Shown in pieces: positions 57,301 to 64,000 of a stretch of 64,000 bases of DNA (the first letter of the stretch is position 1; every line of letters starts with the position of its first letter). Origin of the DNA: an uncultured virus (IMG/VR IMGVR_UViG_3300028888_000090) (lineage: Duplodnaviria > Heunggongvirae > Uroviricota > Caudoviricetes > Crassvirales); the IMG/VR virus record IMGVR_UViG_3300028888_000090; one strand, given 5' to 3'. Made by a program: the position numbers and the translations under genes. The notes under the pieces are model-generated. The model had not been told where the DNA came from. It did not search any database and worked only from the letters and a program-made list of their open reading frames with translations.

Positions 57301-58674
57301 AGATATTGTTTCTTTTATTGTTTCTATATTACAATATGCACTATCGCCATAAATAGAACTTATAGCCTGAGTTCCAAAACTAGTATATATTCCATTAACT
57401 TCTCCTCCTAAAGGAACATTATTTAAATAAGCTCCACTTGTTAAATTTATTTCATATAGGTCAAAAGAAATATTTATTTGATTAGCATAACTTTGTAAAT
57501 CAGGATCATTAAAATCAGTTTCAACATAATTAGAAACATACAGTTTATTTTTATGTTGAGCAATATTATTTACATTAAATATGTTATAATTTACTTTAAG
57601 AAGATCATCTATATTTATTTCTTCTATATCAGTTTTATCATAGTCAAAATAAATAGAAACGCTAGAAGCAAGACTCATATCGAAATGTTTCCAACTTCTA
57701 GCAAAAACTCCACCATCTGAAGAAATTATAAAACCTAATTGAAATTCTTCATAATTACTACAATGTTCTGGATAAAGATGCTCTACTGTAAATATGAAAG
57801 AATTATTACTATCTTCATGTAAATCAGTATGCTTTAAAGACCCTTGAAGTGTATCAGTTATTTTTCTACTACCTGCAAAAAGTTCTTTACTACAAGGAAA
57901 CCAATTAGTATAAAAATGTTCTCTAATTTTATATCTAATAAAAAATTGATATACACCAGCAGGAATATTTTTAATATATCTACCAGATAATTTAAGATTA
58001 CTTATAGGTATGTTTGGAGCTTGTGTATAAAAACTTTCATCATCACTCTCAGTACATTTATTAAGATTTATATGTTTAATTGGTATCAGTAAACCTTGAG
58101 GAACATCATATTCACAAATAGTTAAAATGTATTCACCAGTACCATTAACACTTACACAACCGGTAATCTTTTTTCCACCACTATATTTCCAAGAACATTT
58201 AATTATTCTAAATTTATTATATACTTCATCATATTCAAAAATTTTAACCCTATCATTAAAATTAGGAAATAAACTTTTTGCAATACTAGAATCTTGGAAA
58301 AGAACTCCATTTCTTATAACATAACCTGCTGTGTTTACATCAAACGTTGCAGTTTGTCCAGGACCAATAGGATCTCCAACAAATACTTCAGAAGGATATT
58401 CTAAAGCAATAAACTGTCTAGCTTCAACAGAGTCTTTAATATAATTACTTTCTTTAAAGAAATAAATTTTATTATTAAGACCAACAATTTGAGCAATATA
58501 CTTAACAGGAGCATTAACGTCATCTCCTGTATTTGTTTCTATTTCTTCAAGAGAAGTGTCTGGTCCTATAGTACCATCTTTTAATAATCTTATGTTTTTT
58601 GCAAACACAAGACTATTATTATCCACAAGTTGTGGAGTTTTATTTAAATTAAGTTTAGGAACAATTCTAGCCAT
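54322..58674 (-). CDS. tail muzzle / stabilisation protein (crAss type), 1450 aa
   Basis: N-terminal LNLNKTP..FAKNIR, GVYQFFIRY, NKLYVSNY, FDNTIRVS..HRGVITNL..YGYGG, C-terminal IYGKYFVFRLIF; beta-rich; gene order. Confidence 0.7.
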   Translation of the reverse strand: MARIVPKLNLNKTPQLVDNNSLVFAKNIRLLKDGTIGPDTSLEEIETNTGDDVNAPVKYIAQIVGLNNKIYFFKESNYIKDSVEARQFIALEYPSEVFVGDPIGPGQTATFDVNTAGYVIRNGVLFQDSSIAKSLFPNFNDRVKIFEYDEVYNKFRIIKCSWKYSGGKKITGCVSVNGTGEYILTICEYDVPQGLLIPIKHINLNKCTESDDESFYTQAPNIPISNLKLSGRYIKNIPAGVYQFFIRYKIREHFYTNWFPCSKELFAGSRKITDTLQGSLKHTDLHEDSNNSFIFTVEHLYPEHCSNYEEFQLGFIISSDGGVFARSWKHFDMSLASSVSIYFDYDKTDIEEINIDDLLKVNYNIFNVNNIAQHKNKLYVSNYVETDFNDPDLQSYANQINISFDLYEINLTSGAYLNNVPLGGEVNGIYTSFGTQAISSIYGDSAYCNIETIKETISSEDVTINTQPASIPVTYTENVKPRLLKVSAVDSSNNTYDIQEYVPFVELANENYDTIIDSVIDTVKDSIVGVNTNGNFSININGTQIEIISFIVDFDSISAIKTEDTTMTYFGEVVPAIRYYRTVSHNQLKVAVAIKSSVITTSYVYNEYNTFLPFTKYDFYVHYVTQNGIVTNGYYIGTKEINRYCKQYKPVALNDVPAEVINAAINNLSTITTLYDISNIGDLSWYTPDLKEYAVYQDGSHNGQYFKLEEITDDRYIIVPQFDNIICPNGYVSCFISCTKYGNNVAQGYNYEHDFNSTNNKTTHKVDCLDLNCLLYNTSTNITIKNSQGVTLTNFANYYSSSTTNPLEYLGGSGHVEFTTEGDSEIDTKCWIIVDSTGKPYNKQLIKVTPFIKLNPIEAVNYTELINLNSPGYFCEVVTLSREYCYDPNGYYVSGSDVYTRDITGTTLNVDLVETALAYHNSNKAYIFSNYNLNYVSLTSDLTPIIRRYAIQNEGEDNETSEKQVITLVNSLLASYSLELKGFYKDYTRKLYQEYTTNKITKFDNTIRVSAVDVDELYRYIYRFEATDYYNVPTHRGVITNLVGIANTLYVHCEHSLFKFSDNKTLNAQEEEVILQENDIFNSGISEVFDAQYGYGGLKDKAQSLVTFNAYVFYDAVAKIIYAFGGEQQIGNISEPIQKIIDDLNPTDVQFVGDEINDRFFVNLRNDQGNVCLSFNFKSKSFISIHDIDFKFGFHSRRHTYFVHDNYSDETLIGWSIYRVTDKIIANNNSYFNAYQNCYTQSIISIQDMPLPIELNAASSCIDIIANVEYEKIKVLNYINWICSEILNYGHSLNFVAEEELNRLYDGDKLRVYSDSCATNLIELTDANGKAKLSKEYRNVDANSNINAVKESWQYPTYNCGVFSINYFRDVIQNGNVYTAPNSDLFKYTQAPNIGPNKLVDLTKYPQRQNLTQENSLIYGKYFVFRLIFNNRNFKIENVTFRMSDYGKTK

Positions 58675-58677
58675 AAT

Positions 58678-59424
58678 TTATCTTCTAGGATCAAAAGTAC
58701 TATTATAAAAGAAATTCCTCCAACCATCATCATTAGCACTGAGTTCAATAGCAACTGAAGTTGCTGCTTTATTCTTTAGATTAGTCCATTGCATATATGG
58801 ATTAAGAACTGGATTTTGAGCACTTAAACTATAAACTTGATGCTTACTTCCTCTACTAAGATATTTAAAAAGAATATACCAAGAAAGAGCTTCTAAAAGT
58901 AAACCGTTATCAAAAATAAAAGGAACATCACATTCGTAATATTCGTCGTAATATGTTGCTACCTCAAAACTTTCTACAAGAATTTTATCAGTATCATAAT
59001 TTAATTCAATATTATTTCCAGCTATAACAAAATTCTTAGAACAAGGTTTAACAACATTTGCTACTTCTACAGTATTGACCCCGTTTTTATCTTTATCGTT
59101 AAAAACAGCAATTTCGGAACTAGGCTTAAAAGTATCTAATTCCGAACATTTGCAACCACTTTTAACATTTAATCCATTTATTTCACATCCATTAGAATCA
59201 AAAACTCTTATATCAGTAGAATTCAATGCACAAGGAAAATGAGCAATTCTATTATTTACTTGTAGAGTTCTTCTCTTCCTTTCCATAGGAAGACATTTCA
59301 TTTGAGATAGAGCGTCAATAACCCATGCAGCAGCACGAGGTATCCAATCACTTTCACTAATGTTAAAATCGTTATCAACTTTACCTATAAGTCTATCTAA
59401 CGACACTTGCCTTTTGAGTTTCAT
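58678..59424 (-). CDS. tail ring / tubular protein
   Basis: WVIDALSQM..VNNRIAHFPC, DVPFIFDN..LLEALSWYI; immediately upstream of the muzzle gene as in crAss-like phages. Confidence 0.6.
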   Translation of the reverse strand: MKLKRQVSLDRLIGKVDNDFNISESDWIPRAAAWVIDALSQMKCLPMERKRRTLQVNNRIAHFPCALNSTDIRVFDSNGCEINGLNVKSGCKCSELDTFKPSSEIAVFNDKDKNGVNTVEVANVVKPCSKNFVIAGNNIELNYDTDKILVESFEVATYYDEYYECDVPFIFDNGLLLEALSWYILFKYLSRGSKHQVYSLSAQNPVLNPYMQWTNLKNKAATSVAIELSANDDGWRNFFYNSTFDPRR

Positions 59425-60328
59425 TTCTTATAAATTTATTATAAAGTGTATCATCTGCTTCAAGACATAAATATAATTTTGTTCTTATATCTACATCTAT
59501 ATTGCATATTTCATTTTTATCTCCATTAGCTTCTCTAAAAAGATCTGCATTAGTCTTTCCTCTAATCTTGCTACTTCTATAATCTGATGTTGTAAATTTA
59601 AGATTTGCACCATCTTTAACTTTACTATCTAGTAAAGGAAATTCGTATACATATTCTACAGTTTGATAAACTCTTCCGTCTTCAGCTTTATATTCAATAC
59701 CATTAGCTTTACACCATTCAGCTTCTTCTTTATTATAAAGTTTTTTACCTTCTGCAAGAAGTTTTGCTTTTCTTTCTTTAGTAGCTTTAAAATCTATATG
59801 AGGTTTACGTTTAATAATATGACAACGATTAATACAAATCCAACCTGTCATACCAGCAAAAACATATCCGTAACCATCAAGAATAAGTTTCTTTTGAACT
59901 TCAGTATAATATAATTTAAGAAGATTGTTATATTCTTTAAGAGTTATATTAAGAAGTTTATTACAAAAGTCTATGGTTTTATTAGTATCAACTATATCTT
60001 TTTGTGTTTTAGCAAGATTATAAACATCAAAATTTCTACCAATTAGTTCATAATTACCATCACGATTCGCAAGAACACCTTTTGCAACTCTTAAGAAACT
60101 TCCATCTATATACTTATTATCTTTAAATTCTTGATACTTATTAAGATCTATAGGATATTCATTTCTATTTATTGTAAAATCTTTATCAATTGTTTCACGT
60201 AATTCATTTACTTTTTTATATAAACTTTCAAGAAGTCCAATAGCTTCTTCTTTCTTTTGTGTATAAGCATCTTTCATACTTGTATAATACACACGAAAAT
60301 TTGTAGGAGTTTCTTTTACACCAGTCAT
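59393..60328 (-). CDS. putative IHF/HU-like DNA-binding protein with N-terminal extension
   Basis: YYTEVQKKLILDGYGYVFAGMTGWICINR resembles the HU/IHF helix-G-strand-G pattern; crAss-like phages carry IHF-like genes at this position. Confidence 0.45.
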   Translation of the reverse strand: MTGVKETPTNFRVYYTSMKDAYTQKKEEAIGLLESLYKKVNELRETIDKDFTINRNEYPIDLNKYQEFKDNKYIDGSFLRVAKGVLANRDGNYELIGRNFDVYNLAKTQKDIVDTNKTIDFCNKLLNITLKEYNNLLKLYYTEVQKKLILDGYGYVFAGMTGWICINRCHIIKRKPHIDFKATKERKAKLLAEGKKLYNKEEAEWCKANGIEYKAEDGRVYQTVEYVYEFPLLDSKVKDGANLKFTTSDYRSSKIRGKTNADLFREANGDKNEICNIDVDIRTKLYLCLEADDTLYNKFIRNETQKASVVR

Positions 60329-60334
60329 ACCTTA

Positions 60335-61021
60335 TTAAATTACATCTGTATTAATTGAATGTTCATTTGTTTCTCTAAGATTTTGTAGAAAATCTCTTTT
60401 ATATATAATTTCTTTTATTTGACCAATCATATCTTCACTAAGAAGATACTCATTTTCATCCATCGTAACATCCCAACCGGTAGCAACACCATTTTCAACA
60501 TCAATAGGATTAGGATGTTCAAAAGCAGATTCAATTATAATTTTACTAAAATTAATAGGTTTACCACATTGCGGAAAAAGATAAATATAGCCATTGATAT
60601 AATCATATCTAGGCATACTTGAAAGACCTGGAACAGCAGAACTAAATCTAGCAGAAGTTTCCTTAATAAAAGGAATTTCCCTGTTATTCTTAAAACCAAC
60701 AGTAGAAACTCTATCAAAAGGAAGATTATTAACAAGTCTTACAGGTCTAGGAACAAGTTGTTTTGTTCTTTTAACTCTAATAATGTCATCAGTATCAACT
60801 CCTTCAGGATAAGTAATATCACCATCAAGAACATCAATAAGAGATACACGAAATCTTTGTGTAAGAACCTTATCTACATAAGAATGATTCTCATAACTTC
60901 TACGAATAACTTCATTACGAGTTTGAAGAATCAGAAGTTTAATATTTTCTCTAAGTGGGGCGCTATTAGGTTTGCCTACACTATGAGCTATTTCACTAAC
61001 TAAAGCAGCTATACTTGCCAT
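60335..61021 (-). CDS. tail ring protein
   Basis: RTKQLVPRPV, YDYINGYIYL, IESAFEHP, EYLLSEDMIGQIKEII; first gene of the virion operon. Confidence 0.6.
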   Translation of the reverse strand: MASIAALVSEIAHSVGKPNSAPLRENIKLLILQTRNEVIRRSYENHSYVDKVLTQRFRVSLIDVLDGDITYPEGVDTDDIIRVKRTKQLVPRPVRLVNNLPFDRVSTVGFKNNREIPFIKETSARFSSAVPGLSSMPRYDYINGYIYLFPQCGKPINFSKIIIESAFEHPNPIDVENGVATGWDVTMDENEYLLSEDMIGQIKEIIYKRDFLQNLRETNEHSINTDVI

Positions 61022-61050
61022 ACTATTAAGTTTACTATTGATTTGATAAA

Positions 61051-61130
61051 GCTCCCCTGTAGAAGCAAGGTGTGGATTTCGCTGACCAGCAGCACTATCA
61101 ATTAATTCATCATCTTTTCTACGGGGGAGT
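61051..61130. repeat. inverted pair of the TTCTACRGGGG motif in the leader of the virion operon
   Basis: GCTCCCCTGTAGAA 61051-61064 and TTCTACGGGGGAGT 61117-61130, 52-nt spacer. Confidence 0.9.
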
Positions 61131-61173
61131 TATATTACAACTAGATTACTATTACTACTTGATTTAGGATATG

Positions 61174-61204
61174 CAAATATACAATAATTATCCAATCCTG
61201 CAAT
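61174..61204 (-). promoter_or_regulatory. Bacteroidota-type promoter driving the tail/cargo/RNAP operon
   Basis: On the - strand ATTG-N19-TATATTTG. Confidence 0.65.
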
Positions 61205-61264
61205 ATTAAAAGCAATATTTAGAGTAAAAAATCGTAACTGCCTATAAATGAAAGAATTAGGTGC

Positions 61265-61420
61265 TATATATAATATAGTATATATAATTAACAAGGAGAT
61301 AAAATATAAATAATATAATATTCCTTAATATATAAAATATAAATAATAATATAAATATTATTATTTATAATAATATTTATATTATTATTTATATTTTAAT
61401 AATATTTATATACTATTATA
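61265..61420. other. extremely AT-rich, palindrome-rich intergenic tract (candidate unwinding element or origin)
   Basis: Almost pure A/T; 61325-61411 contains no G or C; AT palindromes such as ATAAATAATAATA..TATTATTATTTAT. Confidence 0.5.
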
Positions 61421-61795
61421 CTATATAAATATCTCCATCATTTTCATAGCAATATAACCTATAGTATATGCTGGTTCTTCTCCTTCATCTTTTACATTAT
61501 AAGCACCTAACATAGATTGCTTAATATGTTCAGCTTCGTGAACTATTGAATTAATATAATCTGCAATGCTTCTATGTGCATTAAAAAGCACTACACTAGT
61601 GTCACAATCGGCACTACTTGTAGTAACAGCTTTAGCACTACCTTTTTGCATATTATTTTTAATACTTCTAATCTGAAGTTTACTACAACCAATCTGCGCT
61701 AGATCTTTACTAATAATATGAAAAAGGTTATAGTCTACATTATAATAAACTATAACCTCCCAATAATCATCTATATTAATAGTTCTTCTAATCAT
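61421..61795 (-). CDS. small zincin-like (HExxH) protein
   Basis: NSIVHEAEH and downstream EEPAYTIGYI. Confidence 0.7.
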   Translation of the reverse strand: MIRRTINIDDYWEVIVYYNVDYNLFHIISKDLAQIGCSKLQIRSIKNNMQKGSAKAVTTSSADCDTSVVLFNAHRSIADYINSIVHEAEHIKQSMLGAYNVKDEGEEPAYTIGYIAMKMMEIFI

Positions 61796-62214
61796 AGAAA
61801 TTCATCCCAAGGAATGCCAACACCAAGCCATTTCATATCAGCAATCCAACGATTAAAAACAAGACCTTCACAACCATCCGGGTCATCAAGAGTTTCTTTA
61901 ATATATAGAGCCATGTGTTGATTAGTAGGAACACTGCCTCCAAGATAATCTGCTTTACACATATTAGCTACATAAGTAATATCTTCAAGTTGAGCATATT
62001 TAACTTTAATACTATAAGTATGTAAAACTTGTTCTACCTCCCCTTTAGAAAGGGATTTGATTGGTATCTCGTTCCCTTTATCATCAGTTTTATACATTTG
62101 TGATACAGCAAAATCACAACATTTTTTATTAAAGTGAGGACCATAATGAGATAGATAAATACTAAGATCTTCTGGCATCACTTCATAAGCAGTAAAATTT
62201 TCTCTATTATGCAT
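61792..62214 (-). CDS. conserved hypothetical phage protein
   Basis: YLSHYGPHFNKKCCDFAVSQM, YVANMCKADYLG, DDPDG..FNRWIADM; coupled to its neighbour. Confidence 0.75.
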   Translation of the reverse strand: MHNRENFTAYEVMPEDLSIYLSHYGPHFNKKCCDFAVSQMYKTDDKGNEIPIKSLSKGEVEQVLHTYSIKVKYAQLEDITYVANMCKADYLGGSVPTNQHMALYIKETLDDPDGCEGLVFNRWIADMKWLGVGIPWDEFL

Positions 62215-62229
62215 AATATTATAAATTAA

Positions 62230-62257
62230 GAGGGTAGTAAGAAGTGTTACTACCCTC
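62230..62257 (-). terminator. hairpin between cassette genes
   Basis: Perfect stem GAGGGTAGTAA/TTACTACCCTC. Confidence 0.65.
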
Positions 62258-62266
62258 AGGTTAAAC

Positions 62267-62491
62267 TTACATACGACCTCTACGATAACGACTTCTGCTC
62301 ATACGCTCACTTCTACGTACGCGTCTATCGTCATTAGAATCATCGTAATCATCATCACGATAATCAACGTCTTCATCTTCCATGCATTCTTCTAAAAGAT
62401 CTTCAACATCTTCAATCTCTTCTCTCATTTTTTTAACTTTCTTTAAAAGATGTTTACCATCTTCTTCTTTACGAAATCTCATTATAAGCAT
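62267..62491 (-). CDS. small charged hypothetical protein
   Basis: Acidic block followed by an Arg-rich tail. Confidence 0.7.
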   Translation of the reverse strand: MLIMRFRKEEDGKHLLKKVKKMREEIEDVEDLLEECMEDEDVDYRDDDYDDSNDDRRVRRSERMSRSRYRRGRM

Positions 62492-62510
62492 AATAATTCT
62501 CCTTTCTTTA

Positions 62511-63002
62511 TTAATTGTTTCCAGACTTAGTAGCGTTAATAAATTCTTTCATCATATTTTTATATTCTGCAAGTTCCGCACGAAGAGCTTTAAGTTCTTC
62601 ATTTTCTTGCTTTGCAGCTAATGTTCCATTAAGTTCATCAGCTATAGTAGAATATTGTTCATAAAGTCTTTTTTCAAGTTCGATATTACTAATAGCTCGT
62701 TTCTTTGTATCAACCATTGAATTAACATGAACTTTAAGAGAATCTTTACTATCTGCTAAAATAAAACCTATAGAGCCAAAATCAGCAATCGAAATGTTAC
62801 TGGGCACTTGTTTGAACTCACGATTTTCTCCGTTAATGGTTGCAGAAATATCTACAACCATACAAGGAATTTGAACTCCGTTATTTTTAATATAACTTGG
62901 ATAAGGTGCACTAGTCTTAGTAATTGGAGCTGCAAACAATTTGAAATCTCCTCTTGTATCAAGACCATGAAGAATATTACCTTGTACTAAATTTGAAAAC
63001 AT
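62511..63002 (-). CDS. hypothetical protein with C-terminal coiled coil
   Basis: ATG ORF in cassette. Confidence 0.75.
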   Translation of the reverse strand: MFSNLVQGNILHGLDTRGDFKLFAAPITKTSAPYPSYIKNNGVQIPCMVVDISATINGENREFKQVPSNISIADFGSIGFILADSKDSLKVHVNSMVDTKKRAISNIELEKRLYEQYSTIADELNGTLAAKQENEELKALRAELAEYKNMMKEFINATKSGNN

Positions 63003-63013
63003 AATGATTAATT

Positions 63014-63412
63014 TTAATTGTTAGTATTAGTTTCTGTTGTACTTTGAGTTGCTGCCGGAGCTGCAGGACCAAACGTCATAAGTTGAAGGATATTAGCAAC
63101 TTTATCATAATAGATAAAGTAAATGCCAGCACCAGTGAGTTGTTCAGCCGTAGCAGCTTCTCCACCAACAAGAGTCAAAGGTTGTGTAAATTCATTGGAG
63201 GCGAATAGGATTGGGAGAGTACCTGCTCCATCAGGAAGAGCAGTATTAAGTCTAAACAAAATTGCTCCATTACCATTAAGGAATCTAAAAGCTCTCTTAG
63301 GAATTCCTATTACAACATTGTCAGTATTAACTGTAATATTTGTACTTTCAATCAAAGGAATACCAAGTCTATTCGCAAAATTAAACGGATAATTAGTAGT
63401 AGCACCAAACAT
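63014..63412 (-). CDS. hypothetical beta-rich protein
   Basis: ATG ORF in cassette. Confidence 0.75.
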   Translation of the reverse strand: MFGATTNYPFNFANRLGIPLIESTNITVNTDNVVIGIPKRAFRFLNGNGAILFRLNTALPDGAGTLPILFASNEFTQPLTLVGGEAATAEQLTGAGIYFIYYDKVANILQLMTFGPAAPAATQSTTETNTNN

Positions 63413-63430
63413 AATATTACCTCCTATAGA

Positions 63431-64000
63431 TTAATTGAAGAAACTAGTTTGACCAAAACCACCCATTAAGAAAGGTAGAAGATAAGCAGGAATAGAACCA
63501 CAACCACAGTTGCTACCATTATTAACAGGAGTGTTATTAACAGCAGTCAGGTTAGGATAAGCAACAGGAACAGTATTCGGTTGTTTTGCAGCAATAGCAT
63601 CAATCTTATCATCTAAAGCACGCATAGCAGCATTGAAAGCCTCAGTCTGTTTATCATTACTAATTTGACCACGCAACTGAGTAATAATATCTCCCTGAGT
63701 GTTAATCTTATTCTGCAACTCGCGTTCTTTAAGGTCACAGAACTCTTTAGTAATCATAGCATTCTGATTCAGAATAGCATTCAGAACACTATTGGTATTA
63801 CGCTCATTCTGAGTAGCAAGAGTATTCGTTTGTTGACAAACAGCAAGTTGATCGGCAGCTTCATTCTGAGCAAGTTGCAGACGAATATTAGAATCGTGTG
63901 CAGCCATTTGAGCTTGCAAAGCAGCGGTTTGATTAGCAGTAGCTAATCTGTTCTCACAACAACACTCACAGAGCTGACGAGAAAGGTCTGCATTACCAAG
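63431..64000 (-). CDS. Gln/Asn-rich coiled-coil protein with CECCCE motif (5' end outside the window)
   Basis: Frame is open to the window edge: LGNADLSRQLCECCCENRLATANQ.. Confidence 0.8.
   Translation of the reverse strand, partial: LGNADLSRQLCECCCENRLATANQTAALQAQMAAHDSNIRLQLAQNEAADQLAVCQQTNTLATQNERNTNSVLNAILNQNAMITKEFCDLKERELQNKINTQGDIITQLRGQISNDKQTEAFNAAMRALDDKIDAIAAKQPNTVPVAYPNLTAVNNTPVNNGSNCGCGSIPAYLLPFLMGGFGQTSFFN

Larger units (their letters stand above)
2114..62050. repeat. dispersed 14-bp motif TTCTACRGGGGWGN
   Basis: + copies at 2114, 6745, 17896, 25809, 28834, 43456, 61117 (35473 ends GGGGATG); - copies at 25877, 45699, 53931, 61051 (12711 ends GGGGTAG); further variants at 2140, 4043, 4835, 19810, 38417, 53535, 62037. 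Confidence 0.9.

Noticed and set aside
28042..60622. Many + strand ORFs opposite the virion genes (e.g. 30460..31227, 255 aa)
   Set aside because: Antisense shadows of codon-biased genes; Phe/Ile/Ser-rich with no motifs
61065..61116. Hammerhead ribozyme in the late leader (ATGATGA..CGAAA on the - strand)
   Set aside because: The core needs CUGANGA and a closing stem II; here it is AUGAUGA and I could not build the three stems
2114..61130. G-run motif as a CRISPR repeat or IS/MITE end
   Set aside because: Copies are dispersed rather than arrayed with regular spacers; no cas or transposase gene, no target-site duplications, and coding copies do not disrupt frames
1..64000. Stop-codon reassignment (TAG or TGA), known in some crAss-like phages
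   Set aside because: Very long ORFs are intact in the standard code, and TAG and TGA end genes at tight or overlapping gene junctions
61421..64000. Diversity-generating retroelement or invertase-driven tail-fibre shuffling
   Set aside because: No reverse transcriptase, recombinase or template/variable repeat pair is visible in this window

Overview
This is a 64-kb, very AT-rich segment of a crAss-like (Crassvirales) bacteriophage genome, probably infecting a Bacteroidota host. It reads in the standard genetic code with no sign of stop-codon recoding. The + strand (about 0.5-27.7 kb) carries early and replication genes: small hypotheticals, a CAT-anticodon tRNA, a Dda/RecD-like SF1 helicase, a UDG-like protein, three HNH-type endonuclease genes, family B DNA polymerase, an apparently inactivated SF2 helicase, a RecT-like annealase, an SSB-like protein, primase, ATP-dependent ligase, ThyX, dUTPase and thioredoxin. 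The - strand (28.2-64 kb) converges on it and carries virion genes: a 4515-aa virion RNA polymerase (DFDID motif), a 2460-aa polyvalent protein with a zincin motif and an ART-like domain, probable cargo proteins, muzzle/tail-stabilisation and ring proteins, an IHF-like protein, and a small accessory cassette running off the right edge. The strongest unexplained signals are at DNA level. (1) A dispersed 14-bp G-run motif, TTCTACRGGGGWGN, occurs 12 times exactly plus about 7 variants, in both orientations and several reading frames, and forms inverted pairs next to host-type promoters. (2) A tripartite element, TGCCC-N47-TATAAYTAT-N23-AAATCG, has identical, helically phased spacing at three intergenic loci. 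(3) An in-frame ART-like cassette is bracketed by 16-bp direct repeats. All calls come from reading motifs by eye; no searches were run.
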